This document shows positions 59,959-64,000 of a DNA stretch of 64,000 bases, one piece after another. The notes below the pieces were generated by a model. That model was not told where the DNA came from. It did no database searches and was given only the letters and a program-made list of their open reading frames with translations. The translations under genes were made by a program, and so were the position numbers. Positions within the stretch are counted from its first letter, which is position 1. Each line of letters begins with the position of its first letter. The stretch spans positions 17,856,001 through 17,920,000 of the forward strand of contig NC_043020.1 in the NCBI RefSeq assembly GCF_006345805.1, written 5' to 3'. This DNA comes from Octopus sinensis. Lineage: Eukaryota.

Positions 59959-59985
59959 TAGTCCTACAAGCCATCACACACATAC

Positions 59986-60030
<45 letters not shown>

Positions 60031-60158
60031 TGTTCTTATATCTACATAGCCTTGGTTTTTTATCTCATTACGCAAAAAATTCTTTTATATATATATATAT
60101 ATATATACTGTTCTTATATCTACATAGCCTTGGTTTTTTATCTCATTACGCAAAAAAT

Positions 60159-60190
<32 letters not shown>

Positions 60191-61880
60191 GTAAAAAAAT
60201 ACAAACTGGGATAAGAACACAAAACATTTAGAAGACGATACAAAAAACATGGACGGGATATTCGAAGCCTTCAATCTTCAGTCAAGAACCGGATATATAT
60301 TATATTGTGTGTGTGTGTGTATGTATATATATCATCATCATCATCATTTAACATCTGTTTTCCATGCTGGCATGAGTTAGCCAGTCTGGGAGCTGTCAAG
60401 ACTCCAATTTGTTGTGCCATGGTTTCTATGGCTGGATGCCCTGGGCCTTTCACCCAATTTCTTCCTCATGACACCCTACCACCAACCGTCTCTCTAACTC
60501 TAGCTCTTCCTTGATGCTACTCATTTTTCCTTACTGCCCAGAACCATTTTATTCTTTCCATGCTATATATCGACCAAGAGCCCGACTGAGCCACCAACTG
60601 GTCTCTATTATTCCACTACTGTACTTCTGTTCTCCTCATACACCATGCCTGCCTCTGTCTTCTTGCCCCAACCCCCAGTACTCCTTCAATCTACTCAAAC
60701 CCCATACCATCATTTTCTCGTCAGTCTCCTATCTACTATATCATCATTGTTATTCTGCTGTTCTCTCCTTCCCCTTTCTTCTCTACTGTCAATCATCCCT
60801 TACTCTCCTACCTCCCTCAACCTATGCATCATTAGTCATCCAGCATCCCTTATCCACCATTCACTACATACCCCCATCAATGCAACCGGATCTTTACAGT
60901 TGTTGTCCATCTCCCCTCCCCTCATCCATTCACCATCTCTCTTTTCTCCATACACTCCACCCACCCATTCTCCTGATTCCTCTTCTCCCACTCATTTAAT
61001 AAGACCATATATGTGTGTGTTTGTGATTGTGGTTGTCCTTTCCCACCACTGCTTGGTAGCTGGTGTTGGTGTGTTTACATCCCTGTAACTTAGCAGTTCA
61101 GCAAAAGAAACTTACAGAATAAGTACCAGGCTTAAAAACAAAATAAGTACTGGGATTGATTAGTTCAACTAAAATTCCTCAAGACGGTGCCCCAGCATGG
61201 CCACAGTCTAATGACTGAAACAAGTAATAGAAGATTGTACCTTAACCCTTTCGTTACCATATTTTTGTTGAGATGCTCTGCATTTCTTTCAATTACTTTA
61301 AATATAACAAAGAATTTAGTAAAATAACTTTCATTATCATTAAGCTAGTGTTAGGAACATAAATTGTGACTAAGGTCTGGTGGAAGATTTTAATTCAGAA
61401 CTTTTGAAAACAAGACATTTGTACTACAGAGCCAGAGGCAGTTTCAGGCAGGTTGGTATCAAAAGGACTAAACATCCACCCAGTCACTTCTTCATCGTTA
61501 TTTCTATCTCCACCCGATTATTCCCATTCTCTCTTCTAAGCCATCAAAATAATGTAGCAGCTCTACAGCAAGAAAACTGTTCTGCTCTGGTACCTTCTCT
61601 CATGTTTTAACCTAGTGGTTCTCAACCGTATTTTTACCTATGGACCTCTGATTCCTATTTTATTCTACTGGATGTCTCTTAGCCATTCAATGATTTAAAG
61701 AAAAATTCTATTATATGTTTATAATTAAATAGGCGCAGGCATGGCTGTGTGGTAATAAGTTTGCTTCTCAACCCCATGGTTCCGGGTTCAGTCCCACCTT
61801 GGACAAGTATCTTCTAATTTAGCCTTGGGCCAACCTAAGTCTTGTGAGTAGATTTGGTAGAAGGAGACTAAAAAAAGCCC

Positions 61881-61928
<48 letters not shown>

Positions 61929-61929
<1 letters not shown>

Positions 61930-62890
61930 CAGATCATCCCATGAGTTCTGTCGGAATTTTGAATAAAGAAAATAAGTGATCAACTGTAATATTTAATTGA
62001 AATTTAATCATCAATGTACTTTCCCTGATTATCTATGACTTTCATCTATTTATAAGCTTTTTAATCCCATCTATGTAAAATTCTTTTGGCTTCAAAGCCA
62101 AGAATTCTGAAATGTCAGTTTTGACCTCTTCCTGGCTTGCGAAAATTATGTCCCCCAAATGATTCTGTAAACTATGAAACAAATGGTAGTCTGAAGGAGC
62201 AAGTTTGGGAGAATAAGGTGGATGAGGAATTTTTTTCTCAACCATGCTCTTCAATCTTCTATGATGTGATCTTTGCTGTGTGGTGTTGCACATTGTCCTG
62301 ATGAAACATCACTCCTTTTTGATTCACTAAAGCAGGTCTTTTTTTCTTCAAAGCTTGGTTCAAATGCTCTCATTACTGATAGTAGATTTGAGCATTGATT
62401 GTTGCATTAGGTGGTAAAAATTCAAAGTGAATTACTCTTTTGCAATCCCACCAGATAGAGAGAAGAACCTTTTTCTCATGAAGTTCCATTTTCGGTTGTG
62501 GTTGAGCTTTTTCCCTTTTACCAAGCCAATGTTTATGACATTTAACATTTTGATAGAAGATCCAGTTTTCGTTACAAGTCTATCCAAGAAGGGTGAAATG
62601 AGTTCCCGAAAATGGAGAGAAGAGCAGTTGTCAACTCGGGATTTACGGTTGCTTTTGGGCAATTCATGAGGCACCCATTTTCGAAGTTTAAGAACCTTTC
62701 CAAGTTGTTGAAGATGACGATGAACAATTGTATGGTTTGAACTAAGCTTTATTGCCAATTCTTCAACTTATAATGCAAGATTTTCTTCAAGTAATGCCTC
62801 AAGGAGCTTATCAAACTCAACTGGATGTCCTATTCAATCTTCATCTTCAAGGCTGAAATCTCCACTTTTGAATTTTGCAGGCTGTAGTTT
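61929..62890 (-). mobile_element. Decayed mariner (DD34D)
   Basis: RHLQQLGKVLKLRKWVPHEL, FLDRLVT, HPPYSPKLAPSDYHLFHSLQNHL. Confidence 0.88.
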
Positions 62891-63299
62891 TGAAGGCTGC
62901 ATGGTGATTCCACGAGTGCTGGTGGCATGAAAAAGCATCCAGTATATTACTGTAAAGTGGGTATCATTGGGAAGGGCATCCAGCTATAGAAACCATGGCA
63001 AAGCAGACACTGGAACGTGATGTAGTACTTGAGCCCATTAGATCCTGTCAATCTGTCCAAACTGTGCCAGTATGGAACATGGACAGTAAAACAGTAAATG
63101 ATGTTATACATATATGTGTGTGTGTGTGTGTGTAATTGTATATAGATTTGTATATTTGTTTTGCATTGAAGTTTACGTCATTTAACTCAAAACTTTGTTG
63201 TTTTTGTTTAACTAACCTTCCCCACCCTTATGGAGTCAACCCTGACTCTGTAGACCTACAATCAAACACTTCACTTTACATAAATAAGAACAAGATTTG

Positions 63300-63359
63300 T
63301 GTACATACATACATACATACATAATTGGGAGTGTATGTATTTATGTTTGTATACATATG

Positions 63360-63391
<32 letters not shown>

Positions 63392-63569
63392 TAATTGTGT
63401 GTGTATATGTATGTATTTATGTTTGTATATATATGTATGTATATATATATATATAATTGTGTGTATATGTATGTATTTATGTTTGTATACATATGTATAT
63501 ATATATATATGTGTGTGGTGTGTATATATATATATATATGTGTGTGTGTGTATATATGTATGTATTTAT

Positions 63570-63617
<48 letters not shown>

Positions 63618-63643
63618 GTATATGTATGTATTTGTTTGTATAC

Positions 63644-63700
<57 letters not shown>
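63300..63700. repeat. Compound (TA)n/(TG)n/(TATG)n microsatellite with higher-order repeats (similar tracts 6430-6620, 54785-55070, 55300-55500, 56743-56860)
   Basis: Direct inspection; these tracts generate the Y/I/C/V-rich spurious ORFs. Confidence 0.95.
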
Positions 63701-64000
63701 AAGTGTTTGATCATGGATCTGTGTAGTCAGGATTGGCTCCACAGGGATGGGCAAGGGTGGTTAAACAAAGCCAACACACAGCTTTACATTAAATGACGTA
63801 AACTTTCAACTGTCCAGTTCTTGTACAACACCATGAAGCAACGGCTGCTACTGGTGCTGCTGCTACTACTACGACTACCACTTGATATCAGTACATTAAC
63901 AGGTTCCTACTTCACTTCTGTTGGCAACATTCAACTATGTATTTTAACAGTAAACTCTCTTAATTATTTACAAATATGTTGATCAAATGGTACTATGATT

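Larger units (their letters stand above)
28464..64000 (+). other. Probable first intron of the Ras-like gene (repeat-filled, extends beyond window)
   Basis: GTGAGT donor at 28464. No exon encoding the expected continuation (ALTVRFLTxRxIGEY-like) was recognised downstream by eye. Confidence 0.6.

Noticed and set aside
60511-61088. 162-aa and 147-aa Pro/Ser/Leu-rich ORFs
   Set aside because: Pyrimidine-rich strand bias with no domain motifs; probably the antisense of a decayed retroelement that I could not classify.
63136-63796. Long Y/I/C/V/T/H-rich ORFs here and at 6417-6662, 40508-40838 and 54784-55651
   Set aside because: They are translations of (TA)n/(TG)n microsatellites, not genes.

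Overview
AT-rich, repeat-dense animal genomic DNA. The SINE families and (TA)n/(CA)n/(AAT)n microsatellite load resemble Octopus; this is an inference and no search was run. The only host coding sequence I can support is the first coding exon (28325-28463, +) of a Ras-family small GTPase most like the RERG/RASL11/RASL12 group. It is followed by an intron that appears to run past the window end. The rest is a nested mosaic of tRNA-derived SINEs, RTE/Tx1/CR1/R4 LINE fragments, a Penelope GIY-YIG fragment, mariner/maT/pogo/piggyBac/hAT DNA transposons and MITEs, Helitron and Helentron non-autonomous elements, and decayed Gypsy LTR elements. Almost all ORFs in the supplied track are transposon relics or microsatellite artefacts. 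The most interesting signals are: a tRNA-headed SINE plus three tandem 150-nt units that each carry a minimal type I hammerhead ribozyme motif (retrozyme-like, 46330-47102); a Helitron head-to-tail dimer; an LTR-like unit with 135-bp terminal inverted repeats followed by an unusually long tRNA-Trp primer site; a 491-bp tandem/inverted array inside (TA)n; a full-length Hsmar1-like mariner; and a ~16-kb CpG-retaining domain around the gene start.
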